DNA of 32,000 nucleotides from Halogeometricum borinquense DSM 11551 (GCF_000172995.2 NC_014729.1:1290001-1322000); one strand, 5' to 3'. Counted from the first letter of the stretch, positions 19,274-28,782 are shown. Translations and numbers: made by a program. The notes: generated from the letters alone by a model not told the origin.

Positions 19274-21382
19274 CTAATTGTCAAGTAGTTCGCTCCCGCC
19301 CGGCGGAAGGAACTCTTGAATCTTGTCCGGACTAGCAACCTTGCGGACGAACGACTGGTCTTCAAACATCTCGCGGAAGCGGCGATACACCATCTTCGCC
19401 GCGTCGTTCTGTGCGTACCGTCCGGGTTGGAGGCTGACAGCCGCCTCCACGTGGTCCTCGATTGCCGACGGCGGGCCGCCGAGGACGCGCGTCTCGCCTT
19501 CACATTGGACGCCGACCAGTACCTTCGCCTCCACGTCCCGGAAGTACGTCCGGTCGCCGCGGATGACGAACGAGCCTTTCTCGATGTACTCGCCTGACTC
19601 GGGTGTTTTCGACACTTGATCGGGTGTCACCATGTAGGCGTCGTCGGCGTATCGACCCTCCTTCCAGATCGAGGAGTACGAAACGGCGAACTGTGCGGCC
19701 TCCCGTTTGGTCGAATCCGGGAACTCGACTTCCTGTGCGGGTTCGGACGGGCCGGTGGCCTTCACGACGGTGACGGGGCCGCCGTGCGCCTGCGTGTGGA
19801 AGAACAGGTCGTGTTTGTTCAGGTATTTCTTCACGATCTCCTCGTTCTGGTCGGCGTTGCGGCCGCCGATAACGAGGTAGCCGTCGGAGGTGTGGAACCA
19901 GCGGAACTGCTCGTACCACTGTTCCTCGGTCTTGAGCGGGATCGACGAACGCGAGAGCCAATCGATATCCTCGGGTTCTTCGGGTTCTTCGTCGTCGTCC
20001 TCGTCGTCTTCTTCCCACGCGTCGCGGCGGGCTTTCACTTCGGCCAGTTCCTCACGGGTGTCCTCGATGGCCGCCATCGCGCCCTCTTTCTTCCCTTCGA
20101 CGCGTTTGGCTTCCTTGTACAGTCTGTCGGCGTTCTTCTCGACGCCCATGTCTACCTCGACTTCGATGCGCGTGCCATCGATTTCGATGGTGACTGTTCC
20201 CTCCGCGCCGTCTACGTCAACGACCGCTTCGGCGGCGGGAATACCGCGTTCGGCACCGTCTTCGAGTGTCTGGCGAATCTCATCCCACGGGACGCTCTCA
20301 TCTCGTGCCGAGCGAACCGTCGAGAGCACTTCGTCTACCAGTTCGTAGTTGGCATACAACAGTTCGGCGCGTTCGCGTTCGCGCTCGGCCTGTTGCTCGA
20401 ATCCCTCGATAGCGCCCTCCTGCTGTTCGATGATGCGCTTTTTCTTCTCGATTTCCGCCTCGAAGTCCGGACGATTCGATCCCGGTTCCTCTTCGGGTTC
20501 GTCCTCCGCCGACCGGTCGAAGGCGAAGAAGTACTCGTCGAGGGCCTCGTTGAACGTGTCGTACGACTCGCTGTTCAGGCCTTCCGCTTCGTGTTCTTTG
20601 AGCGGGAACGGCGTCGCATCAACGACGTTTCCGTCTTCCGTGTAGACACGCGGGTCGAAGTCGCCCGACTTGAGACGGTCGTGGAACGTCTGGATTGCGT
20701 CGTAGATGGCGCGGTACTCCTCGTCGCCCGCGTCGGAGATCTCCATCGTCTTTTCGACGCCAGCGCGAGTACAGAACTCCTCGGCGTACAACCCACCGAG
20801 ATTCACCTGCGTCGCCAACGTCCGCACCACGTCTGTGTCGGAGTCCTCCATGCGCCGCTTGAATCCCTCGTAACTGACGGTGAAGGGATGTAGCCGCGAG
20901 GAGGGGAATTCGTACTGTGCGCCGGGGGCGACGGTGCGAGATTTCAACCGCACTGTCTCCAGACTGCGGACGACCTCGCCCGTTTCGTCTAAGACGGCAA
21001 CGTTGCCTTGGCCGAATAGCTCCACCACGATTTCCGTATCCTCGTCGCCGCGTTCGAAGTCGAACGTGAGGATACGGTCGAACTCGTACTGTTCGACGCC
21101 CGCGAAATCAGCCCCGTTGAGACGGTTCCGGAGCATCATAGCGAAGTTCGGCGGCCGACCGGGTGCGTCCGGAACGTGTTCGGGTTTCGCCGTGTGCGCC
21201 CGTTTTACGTCGCCGACTTCGAGGATGAGTTCGACGCGACCACGGTCGAAGTCGCGCATCCGCAGGCGAAGCAGGTTGTCGCCGTAGAGATAGGCCTTAT
21301 CGACCTTCGCTCCCTCGTACCGGTTCAACTCGGTGACGAGGGCGCTGAGGTCTACGCTCGTCAACTCCCGCTTCGGATCCAT
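19274..21382 (-). CDS. rqcH: NFACT-family ribosome quality control protein (RqcH/Rqc2 homolog; FbpA-N plus DUF814)
   Basis: Trimmed to the ATG at 21382 (MDPKRELTSVDLSALVTELN). It has an NFACT-N domain, a central coiled coil (EIEKKKRIIEQQEGAIEGFEQQAERERERAELL), an acidic linker and an NFACT-R/DUF814 block (WFHTSDGYLVIGGRNADQNEEIVKKYL...FFHTQAHGGPVTVVK). Confidence 0.85.
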   Translation of the reverse strand: MDPKRELTSVDLSALVTELNRYEGAKVDKAYLYGDNLLRLRMRDFDRGRVELILEVGDVKRAHTAKPEHVPDAPGRPPNFAMMLRNRLNGADFAGVEQYEFDRILTFDFERGDEDTEIVVELFGQGNVAVLDETGEVVRSLETVRLKSRTVAPGAQYEFPSSRLHPFTVSYEGFKRRMEDSDTDVVRTLATQVNLGGLYAEEFCTRAGVEKTMEISDAGDEEYRAIYDAIQTFHDRLKSGDFDPRVYTEDGNVVDATPFPLKEHEAEGLNSESYDTFNEALDEYFFAFDRSAEDEPEEEPGSNRPDFEAEIEKKKRIIEQQEGAIEGFEQQAERERERAELLYANYELVDEVLSTVRSARDESVPWDEIRQTLEDGAERGIPAAEAVVDVDGAEGTVTIEIDGTRIEVEVDMGVEKNADRLYKEAKRVEGKKEGAMAAIEDTREELAEVKARRDAWEEDDEDDDEEPEEPEDIDWLSRSSIPLKTEEQWYEQFRWFHTSDGYLVIGGRNADQNEEIVKKYLNKHDLFFHTQAHGGPVTVVKATGPSEPAQEVEFPDSTKREAAQFAVSYSSIWKEGRYADDAYMVTPDQVSKTPESGEYIEKGSFVIRGDRTYFRDVEAKVLVGVQCEGETRVLGGPPSAIEDHVEAAVSLQPGRYAQNDAAKMVYRRFREMFEDQSFVRKVASPDKIQEFLPPGGSELLDN

Positions 21383-21522
21383 ACCCCTGCGTTCACGGGC
21401 ATGGCTGAAAAGCCGCACGTTCGGACGATGTGGCGCAATCGACACGAGAGCAGGCGCTGTGAATACTCGAACCATTGACTGCAGTCGAAACGCTCAGTCT
21501 ATGGGAGTCCATGTGAGAAGAT

Positions 21523-22005
21523 ATGACCCACCGAAACGCCGACGACAAGGATCTCGATACTCCGTCTCGAACGGGCGTCTTCGTCGCGCAAACGGAGACT
21601 GAACGGGAAGACGCCTTCTCGATTCGCCGAACGGTGTTCGTCGAAGAACAGGACGTCGCCGAAGAACTAGAGTGGGACGAACACGACGAACCGGACGCTG
21701 ACGCGACACATCTTGTCGCATACGACGACGGGACTGTCGTCGGCGCAGCGCGTGTCCGCGCCTACGACGAAGAAACGGCCAAAATCGAGCGCGTCGTCGT
21801 CGCGGCGGACAGACGCGAATCGGGGTGGGGCAGACGCATCATGACCACCGCAGAGCAGGAGGCCGAGGAGATGGGATTCTCGAAGGTGATCCTCAACGCC
21901 CAGATCCGAGTCCAACCGTTCTACGAATCACTCGGATACGAAGCATTCGGTGACGAATTCATGGACGCAGAGATTCCACATATCTCGATGCGAAAACGGC
22001 TATAG
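21523..22005 (+). CDS. GNAT-family N-acetyltransferase
   Basis: 160 aa. The segment IERVVVAADRRESGWGRRIMTTAEQEAEEMGF is GNAT motif A (R-x-x-G-x-G). The C-terminal FYESLGYEAFGDEF is typical. Confidence 0.85.
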   Translation: MTHRNADDKDLDTPSRTGVFVAQTETEREDAFSIRRTVFVEEQDVAEELEWDEHDEPDADATHLVAYDDGTVVGAARVRAYDEETAKIERVVVAADRRESGWGRRIMTTAEQEAEEMGFSKVILNAQIRVQPFYESLGYEAFGDEFMDAEIPHISMRKRL

Positions 22006-22065
22006 GATTATTCATATTGATAATATCGAGGCGTCTTTTATATACTATCTACGGGACTGCTACGT

Positions 22066-23592
22066 ATGGTGAGCCAACTGACTACGCTCGTTCTCGGTGC
22101 GGTGACGGGTGACGCCGACGAGTCGTCGTCGTCAGCATCGATGCTTGGCGAGGGGGGAACGGACATGGATGCGGGAAGCGTGCTCTTAGACGCGCTTCCG
22201 ATGCCCGCGTTTGTTATAAGCGCAACAGGGGTTGCAACCGGATGGAACGAGGCGGCTGAACGCGCCTTCGGTATTCCAAAGGAGAAGATCATCGGCGCAT
22301 CAGAGGAGGACGCTACATCGATGGTGTCGTACGACGACGACCGCGCAGAGAAGACGCTCGCGCACAAAGTCGTAGACGCACCCGACACGGCTCATGAGAA
22401 CGACCCGAGCGTCGAACGGGTTCGCGGACCGAGTGGGCAGTTCTTCGTCGATGAGCGGTCCTTAGAGAACGCAGACGGCGAACGGATGTACATCTCGTTC
22501 CGCGCGCTCCCGATATACGACGGCGACGAACTCGTTGCGGTCGTAGAACTCGTCGAAGACAAAACCGAAGCGCAGCGCCAACAAGAAGCGACTCACACCC
22601 TCGTCAACGAAGTCACTTCGACGCTCGAACAGATCGGCGAGGGTAACCTCGACGCCCGTGCGGAACTCGGGTCGGAGACCGAAGTGCTCGAAGACGAGTT
22701 GCTCAACATCGTCGCGGAGGTGAACCGGACCGGCGACCGGTTCGAGTCGCTAGTCGATGAAGTCGAATCGCACGCGACGGACGTCTCGAACACGATCACG
22801 ACGGCCAACGACGCCGCCTCACAAATAGATAGCCGCGTGACTGAACAGCGGAAGGCGTTAGAGGCCGTCCGCGACGACTTGGCATCGTTCAGCGCCGCGA
22901 TGGAAGAAGTCGCCGCCAGTTCGACAGAAGTCGAGTCCGCCGCCGACCGCGCACGCGACAATATCGGCTCGTCACTCGATTGGACGGTTGACACGCGCAA
23001 GGTTACTGACGAAGTGAAAGAACGGAGTGACGACCTGTTAGAGTCGGTCAAGCGCCTCGAAGACGATATGGAAGAGATCGGCGACGTGGTGGGTCTCATC
23101 TCCGAGATCGCCGACCGGACGAACATTCTCGCACTGAACGCGAACATCGAGGCAGCGCGAGCAGGCGAAGCAGGCGAAGGGTTCGCCGTCGTCGCAGAGG
23201 AGGTCAAGTCGCTAGCGAACGAAACCCAGTCGCACACCGAGCAGATAACCGAACGCATCGACCGCATCCAATCGCGGGCCGATGAGACAGTAACGCTGGT
23301 CGAGGAGACGCACAAAGATGTCGGGCGCGCGGACGACGCTATCGATAAGACCGTCTCGTCGCTTCAAGAGGCTTCGGACGCCGTCGAAGAGGCGGCCGAC
23401 GGTGTGAGCGAACTCTCACGCGCGAGCGACGACCAAGCGGAATCGGTCGAGGGCGTCGTCTCCGCCGTCGAGGATGTGAGTGACGACGCCGCGGAGATCG
23501 AGGAGTCCGTCGACGACATCGTGTCGGTCACGCAGACGCAGCGGGACTCGGCCGGCGAGTTGGGAACGATGATCGACGGCTTGAGCAAATAG
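22066..23592 (+). CDS. Soluble methyl-accepting chemotaxis transducer (Htr-type) with an N-terminal PAS-like domain
   Basis: It has the invariant MCP signalling hairpin [37 protein letters not shown] and an N-terminal PAS-like block ([38 protein letters not shown]). No TM segments were seen. No che genes occur in the window. Confidence 0.9.
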   Translation: MVSQLTTLVLGAVTGDADESSSSASMLGEGGTDMDAGSVLLDALPMPAFVISATGVATGWNEAAERAFGIPKEKIIGASEEDATSMVSYDDDRAEKTLAHKVVDAPDTAHENDPSVERVRGPSGQFFVDERSLENADGERMYISFRALPIYDGDELVAVVELVEDKTEAQRQQEATHTLVNEVTSTLEQIGEGNLDARAELGSETEVLEDELLNIVAEVNRTGDRFESLVDEVESHATDVSNTITTANDAASQIDSRVTEQRKALEAVRDDLASFSAAMEEVAASSTEVESAADRARDNIGSSLDWTVDTRKVTDEVKERSDDLLESVKRLEDDMEEIGDVVGLISEIADRTNILALNANIEAARAGEAGEGFAVVAEEVKSLANETQSHTEQITERIDRIQSRADETVTLVEETHKDVGRADDAIDKTVSSLQEASDAVEEAADGVSELSRASDDQAESVEGVVSAVEDVSDDAAEIEESVDDIVSVTQTQRDSAGELGTMIDGLSK

Positions 23593-23600
23593 AAAAGCGG

Positions 23601-24842
23601 CTACTCGGACGTACTGACTGTTTTCGGCGTCTCTTGATTCTCGGTGTCTCCGGACCGAACGACGAATCCGCTCGTTTCCTCGCGGCTCTGTAGCTCTCGC
23701 TGTGGGTACGGGATCTTGATTCCCCGTCCGTCGAACGCCGCTTTGATCGCCCGCACGACAGCGGCGTTAGCTTTCGCTCGCCGTGGAGCAGAGGGGTGTT
23801 TGATCCAGAATCGCACTTTCAATCCGACCGCGGAGTCACCAAACGTCGTCGGCAGGACGTTCGGCGCGGGAACGTCCGCAACGACATCCACGTCTTCGAG
23901 GGCCGCCTCCGCAACGCCGACCGCCACGTCGAGATCCGTCTCGTAATCGACGCCGACATCGACGCTAAGGCGGAGTTGATCGCGGCGCGTCCGGTTCGTG
24001 ATGGTGGCGTTCGTCACGCGGTCGTTCGGGAATACGACCGTCTCGCCGTCGAAATTGCGCAGGCGCGTGTTGATGATCGTCACGTCCGAGACGATTCCCT
24101 CCTCGCCGTCGATTTCGACCCAGTCTCCGATTTCGAACGGGCGGGAAAACATGAGGACGAACCCGGCGATGAACGATCCGAGGGTCTGCCGAGCGGCCAT
24201 CCCAACCACGATACCGAGGAACCCGGCACCGACGAGCAGGTTACCGACTTCCGCATCCCACACGGCCAACGTTGCCAAGGTGACGGCGGTCAGCATGACG
24301 AGTTGCAGTACGCGGAAGACGATTCCTTCCTGATGTTCGTTGATCTGGTCGGATTCGGCAGCGTACGACGTCAACCACGATTCGAGCGCGTCGATACCGA
24401 CGTACGCGCCAACGAACAGTCCGGCCGTCATCAGAACTTTCCCCGCAACCGGCGTGAGAGAGACGAGCAACGCCACGATAGTCACTGCGAGATCCTCGCG
24501 CCCCCAAACGACGAGGATCGCAAGCCCTGTCGAGAGGAAAATCGCCGCTTGCAGCATGCGGACGATCACCGACGGCGGGAGTATCCACCGGGCGTCGGAA
24601 ACCAAGTCAGGGACCCGCGAGTTCGATAACACCCGTTCGTCAAGTTCGCGGGCGATGCGTCTGACTACCCACGGCGCGAACAGGAGTGCGATGCCGACGG
24701 CGACAACTACGAGGGTGGCAGTTACGCCGAGGCGCGCCTCCGTGGTCGAAAGCTGTGCGAGCGACGAGCGGATCACTGTAAGCGGCGAGCCCGCCGTCAT
24801 CACTGCCCCAACTGTTCGAACCGCACTGCGTTCGCGTCCCAT
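23601..24842 (-). CDS. Mechanosensitive ion channel, MscS family
   Basis: It has several N-terminal TM segments followed by the MscS core FIAGFVLMFSRPFEIGDWVEIDGEEGIVSDVTIINTRLRNFDGETVVFPND. Confidence 0.9.
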   Translation of the reverse strand: MGRERSAVRTVGAVMTAGSPLTVIRSSLAQLSTTEARLGVTATLVVVAVGIALLFAPWVVRRIARELDERVLSNSRVPDLVSDARWILPPSVIVRMLQAAIFLSTGLAILVVWGREDLAVTIVALLVSLTPVAGKVLMTAGLFVGAYVGIDALESWLTSYAAESDQINEHQEGIVFRVLQLVMLTAVTLATLAVWDAEVGNLLVGAGFLGIVVGMAARQTLGSFIAGFVLMFSRPFEIGDWVEIDGEEGIVSDVTIINTRLRNFDGETVVFPNDRVTNATITNRTRRDQLRLSVDVGVDYETDLDVAVGVAEAALEDVDVVADVPAPNVLPTTFGDSAVGLKVRFWIKHPSAPRRAKANAAVVRAIKAAFDGRGIKIPYPQRELQSREETSGFVVRSGDTENQETPKTVSTSE

Positions 24843-24942
24843 CCCAGTCCCATTGGTCTACCAGTAGGCAGAATTGCTAGCATATAACTCTCGTGGATAG
24901 ACACAGTCGCTGATAGGTTCGAAAAAACGAACCGAATCGTCA

Positions 24943-25320
24943 CTACTCTCGGTTGAGTTCGACGTCGGTTTCCGCGTTGGACTCCCGCCGCTCGACGGTC
25001 ACCACAACATCTTCGAGCGTCTCGACCTCGACGAGTCGCTCCAGTTTCGCCTCGAACTGCGCGTCAGTGAGTTCGCCTCGGGCGTAGCGTTCGCGGAGTG
25101 TCGAGAGCGCATCGTCGGAGTCGTCGTCGGAAGTGAGGTCCATTGAACTCGTCTCGTCGTGGTTGCGCACGGCGGCACCGGCGAGTCCGACCGCGAGGAC
25201 GCAGAATCCGATTCCAACGATGGGTGCACCGGTGGCGAGAAAGCCGAGTCCAACAGCGATGAGGACGAACCCGGCGGCAGCGACCCACGTTGGACCGCGA
25301 AGTGAGACCATACCGGACAT
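24943..25320 (-). CDS. SHOCT-domain membrane protein
   Basis: Trimmed to the ATG at 25320 (MSGMVSLRGPTW). It has two TM helices, an acidic linker and a SHOCT-like motif LRERYARGELTDAQFEAKLERL. Confidence 0.7.
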   Translation of the reverse strand: MSGMVSLRGPTWVAAAGFVLIAVGLGFLATGAPIVGIGFCVLAVGLAGAAVRNHDETSSMDLTSDDDSDDALSTLRERYARGELTDAQFEAKLERLVEVETLEDVVVTVERRESNAETDVELNRE

Positions 25321-25452
25321 TCGGGTTGAGACACAAAAAGCCACGTTACCTTTCGTCCCACATTTTCGGCGGTTCGCTTCGCTCATTCCCCTAACTCTTG
25401 GAGGAAAAGGCCGCCACAGCTCCGAAGAACCGGCAAAAACCGCGACAGCCCC

Positions 25453-27126
25453 TCAGAACCGCTTCGAAACGTACGGACCGTCTTGGTGATAGCCCAACTT
25501 CTGCTTGTAGTACTCGCGGACGCCGATCCCTGAGATGACGCTCATCTTTTCGTACCCGGCGTCTCGTGCGATCTCCTCCGCGTGTTCGAGGAGGCGACGG
25601 CCGTAGCCCTTGTGCTGCCAGTCGCCGTCGCCGCCGAGTCCGACCTCCGACCCGTAGACGTGGAGTTCGCGGACGAGTGCGGCGTTCTCCAACTCTCGTC
25701 GGACCGGGTCGTGCGGGAAGCGAAGGCGACAGAAGCCGATGAGGAGGTTCTCTGCGGGGTCCTCGAACGAGATGAAGTGTTCGGTACCTTCTGCGGCCTC
25801 GTACGTCTCGACTTGGAGTTCGACGCGTTCTGGGTCCGGGTCGGCGTCGTTCATTCCGACCTCGCGCGAGCGGATGTCGTTGAGTTCGATCCCCTTCTCT
25901 GCTGCGCGTTGCTCGGCCAGTTGGCGCAGGTTCGACTTCCAGACGCCCGCGTCGATGAAGTCCGCCGGGATGTCTCGCTGGACGCGTTGCAGTCGGGTGT
26001 ACTTCGGAATCATCCCCATCACTTCGGCCACCACGTCCGCGGCTTCTTCGTTGTTCAAGGGTTCGTACTCGTCACGCCGCCACATGTCGTAGGTGATGGT
26101 GTCGCGGACGACGAGCGTCGGGTAAATCTTCAGGTAGTCCGGGCGCCAGTCCGAGTTCTCGAACAACTGCCGGAAGTCCTCGACGCACATCTCCTTGGTC
26201 ATCCCGGGCTGTCCGGGCATCATGTGGAAGCCCACCTTGAACGCCGAGTCGCGGAGTCGGCGGTTCGCATCGAGAGAGGCCTGCACGCCGTGACCGCGGT
26301 GCATTTCGCGGTTGATTCGCTCGTAGGTGGTTTGGACGCCGACTTCCACCTTCGTCGCGCCCAGATCGAGCATCCGGTTGATCTGTTCTGGGTCACACCA
26401 GTCGGGTTTCGTCTCGAACGTCGTCCCGATGTTGCGCACGTCGGCCGTCTCGTTCTCCGCGATAACGTCCTCCAAGTAGCGGAACTCTACGTCCTCGGGG
26501 TCCGGCTTGAACGACTGATCTTCCGCGGGTTGCGGGTCCGAGTCGAGGTCGTAGTCGTTCATCGCCTCAAGCGCGCGCTTGACGAACCACTCCTGATAGT
26601 CGTGGCTCCGCGCGGTCATCGTCCCGCCCATCAGGATGAGTTCCACCTTGTCCACAGGATGGCCGATGTGACGGAGTTGTTCGAGGCGGAGCGTCACCTG
26701 TCCGTACGGGTCGTAGTCGTTCTGGACACCGCGCGCCGCGGCAGGTTCGTGCCCCGTGTACGACTGCGACGAGGAGAACTCCGAGGCGGGACCGCCCGGA
26801 CAGTACAGACACTTCCCGTGCGGGCACATGTGCGGGGAAGTCATGATGGCGACCGGCGAAACGCCCGAGGCAGTCCGAACGGGCTTTCGCTGGACGACCT
26901 CTTTGACCTCCTCGCGCCGTCCGTCGGGGGCGTACTGGAGGATATCGGCGTTTTTCGGCACCTTCGGCGAGGAGTGTTTCGAACAGGCGTTCAACTTGGC
27001 TGACTCCAAGTCGTCTTTCTCGATTTCGCCGTCGAGGATTCGTTCGACCAACGTCTCGCAGGTGCGTCGGAACGCCTCCGTCTCCGTCGGGTCCTCCGTT
27101 TCCGTGGGGTCTGTGTCGGCGCTCAC
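25453..27126 (-). CDS. elp3: Elp3-type tRNA uridine(34) modification radical-SAM/GNAT enzyme
   Basis: It has a radical-SAM cluster motif (CPHGKCLYCPGGP), an Elp3 core and a C-terminal GNAT (WQHKGYGRRLLEHAEEIARDAGY). The only in-frame ATG (27327) would add a basic, atypical extension reaching the divergent gene. A GTG at 27126 (VSADTDPTE...) gives a normal length, so the start is uncertain. Confidence 0.88.
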   Translation of the reverse strand: MSADTDPTETEDPTETEAFRRTCETLVERILDGEIEKDDLESAKLNACSKHSSPKVPKNADILQYAPDGRREEVKEVVQRKPVRTASGVSPVAIMTSPHMCPHGKCLYCPGGPASEFSSSQSYTGHEPAAARGVQNDYDPYGQVTLRLEQLRHIGHPVDKVELILMGGTMTARSHDYQEWFVKRALEAMNDYDLDSDPQPAEDQSFKPDPEDVEFRYLEDVIAENETADVRNIGTTFETKPDWCDPEQINRMLDLGATKVEVGVQTTYERINREMHRGHGVQASLDANRRLRDSAFKVGFHMMPGQPGMTKEMCVEDFRQLFENSDWRPDYLKIYPTLVVRDTITYDMWRRDEYEPLNNEEAADVVAEVMGMIPKYTRLQRVQRDIPADFIDAGVWKSNLRQLAEQRAAEKGIELNDIRSREVGMNDADPDPERVELQVETYEAAEGTEHFISFEDPAENLLIGFCRLRFPHDPVRRELENAALVRELHVYGSEVGLGGDGDWQHKGYGRRLLEHAEEIARDAGYEKMSVISGIGVREYYKQKLGYHQDGPYVSKRF

Positions 27127-27926
27127 GGCGGCATCACCGCCGCATCGGCCGTTCGAGCGAAGATTCTCATTAGCTTTCAGTCGCGTCGTTTCGAGGTTAA
27201 GGGTGTCGCTCACTAGACGCGGCCGACAAGCTGCGATTCGAGTCACCGAAATGCCACCTCGGCAAGGTTTCTCGCGGACCGAACACCGACTTACAGCGTG
27301 AGGCACGGTTATCCGTCCATGCCACATAATAGCATGATAACGGGAGAGACGATGACCGACACGATAGCTATCGAAGAACTGCTACGGTACGCCGCCGAGC
27401 GACGACTGCTTCGGGAGGAACTCGACGACGACAGACTCGATACCGACACGATGATCGACGTGGTCCGGCACGGACCTGTCTTGGAGACACTGTACGGTCA
27501 GTCGTTGGATCGGCGAGATGTGGAGGACTCCCTCGGCGTCTCGCGGGCGACGAGTCACCGACTAACCCGGTGGCTGGTCGAGGAGGGACTTGCCGAGCGT
27601 CGGGATGGAACGTTCTCGCTCACCGGCAAGGGAGAAGTGTACGCCGACGAACTCCTCAGACTGGATCGAAACCTCCGTGCCGCAGAGCGGTTGGCTCCAC
27701 TGCTCGACTGCATCTGTGAGACGCACCGCGAGTTCGTGGTGGAACCGTTTGCTGATGCAACGATCACCGAGGCGACGCCGAACGACCCGTATCGACCGGT
27801 CTCGCGCTTTCTCGAACTGCTTGCGGAGAGCGACACGTTCCGCGGGTTCAACACGACGCACGTCGTTCCGCCGGGAACACCCGGAGCCGAAGACCAACTG
27901 TTCGACACGGACGACGCCGAATTTAT

Positions 27927-28442
27927 AGGTTGAACAGGCGCAATACCACGCCGTGAACGGCGTGGATACGCGCCGTCACTTGTGGTGACGGCCACCGTTG
28001 AAATGCTTTTCCGAGTTCCCTACCGTGATGTTTAATTGACAGGTGAGCGTAGTAGCCGGTAGGAATCGGTCGGAACGGAGCGGATTCCGAACTGTCCTTC
28101 GGAGGCGGCCTGTCCGCCCATGTAACGAGGCAGTATCCGAAAGGGCAGTCGGTGAACGCACATTCCAGAAGAGTGTGTCGACGTGCCGACTGCTGAAAGC
28201 GAGCACCACGATACCCCCGACTCCACTGACACCTGCTGGCGTCCCTGTGGCAAAAACAACACCGGGACGCCGTACATGATCAAGGATAGGGGTAACGGCC
28301 ACTTGGCATGGCCAGCAGTCCACCAGTCCAACACCGTGGGACTACCCGTACCCGAAAGGGCTGGTAGTCCGCTGATTGGACTGCGAACCTGAAACTCCCA
28401 CCGCTCGGGATTCCTCCGCGTTCACGCGGAGGAGGATGTCAA
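27927..28442 (+). mobile_element. Copy B of the structured non-autonomous IS200/IS605-like element (516 nt; boundaries +/-1 nt)
   Basis: The left flank is TTAT and the element starts AGGTTGAACAGG. Two perfect left-end hairpins follow: CCACGCCG tgaa CGGCGTGG (27946..27965) and GCCGTCAC ttgtg GTGACGGC (27972..27992). The right-end hairpin is CCTCCGCG ttca CGCGGAGG (28413..28432), followed by AGGATGTCAA. It has no credible ORF, no terminal inverted repeats and no target duplication. It interrupts a gene in frame-neutral fashion. Confidence 0.65.
28316..28442 (+). ncRNA. Putative omega-RNA (reRNA)-like structured module at the right end of copy B (hypothetical)
   Basis: It contains nested perfect helices. 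The outer helix is CAGTCCAA (28324..28331) with TTGGACTG (28376..28383). Inside it, GGACTACC (28339..28346) pairs with GGTAGTCC (28363..28370) and encloses CCC-GAAA-GGG (28351..28360). The terminal hairpin is 28413..28432. Its position and orientation match where TnpB guide-RNA scaffolds lie in IS200/IS605 elements. No expression data are available. Confidence 0.3.
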
Positions 28443-28707
28443 CACTGTTCCGTCGGTTGCCGACCACTTCATTACCGGCGAGAAAATGGCGGCCTCCTTC
28501 GAACGCGGCCACTTGCAACTCCGAACTCGGGAGGCGCTGCCGTACGGGTTAGCGATATTCGACGAACGGGTAGGCGTCGGCGGCTACGACGACGAGACGG
28601 GCACGTTGCGCGTGTTCGTCGATACCGATACCGACGGCGCACGGCGGTGGGCCGAAGGCGTATACGAAATGTATCGGCAGGCCTCGGAACCAGTCAGCGT
28701 AGCGGGC

Positions 28708-28782
28708 GAGTCGAACGATGCGCCAAATGGGTCAAACGACGCACCAGATGAGTCGAACGGTGCGCCAGATGAATCGAACGAC
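28708..28782. repeat. 21-nt tandem repeat, about 3.6 units (GAGTCGAACGATGCGCCAAAT-like)
   Basis: Read directly. The units start at 28708, 28729, 28750 and 28771 (the last is partial). They encode ESNDAPN/GSNDAPD/ESNGAPD/ESND in the acidic tail of the regulator fragment. Confidence 0.85.

Noticed and set aside
27976-28392. Track ORFs inside the insert: 27976..28323(-), 28032..28334(-), 28043..28279(+) and 28183..28392(+).
   Set aside because: They are basic, Arg/Cys/Trp-rich and mutually overlapping, unlike the acidic proteome. They are too short for TnpA or TnpB and I recognised no motifs.
27934-28443. The structured insert might be a housekeeping RNA such as RNase P RNA or SRP (7S) RNA, given its size and GNRA-capped helices.
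   Set aside because: I could not find the universally conserved RNase P (GAGGAAAGUCC-type P4 strand) or SRP helix-8 (GGAAGGGAGCA-like) motifs on either strand. The segment also interrupts a protein-coding gene and has two paralogous copies in the window, which fits a mobile element better.
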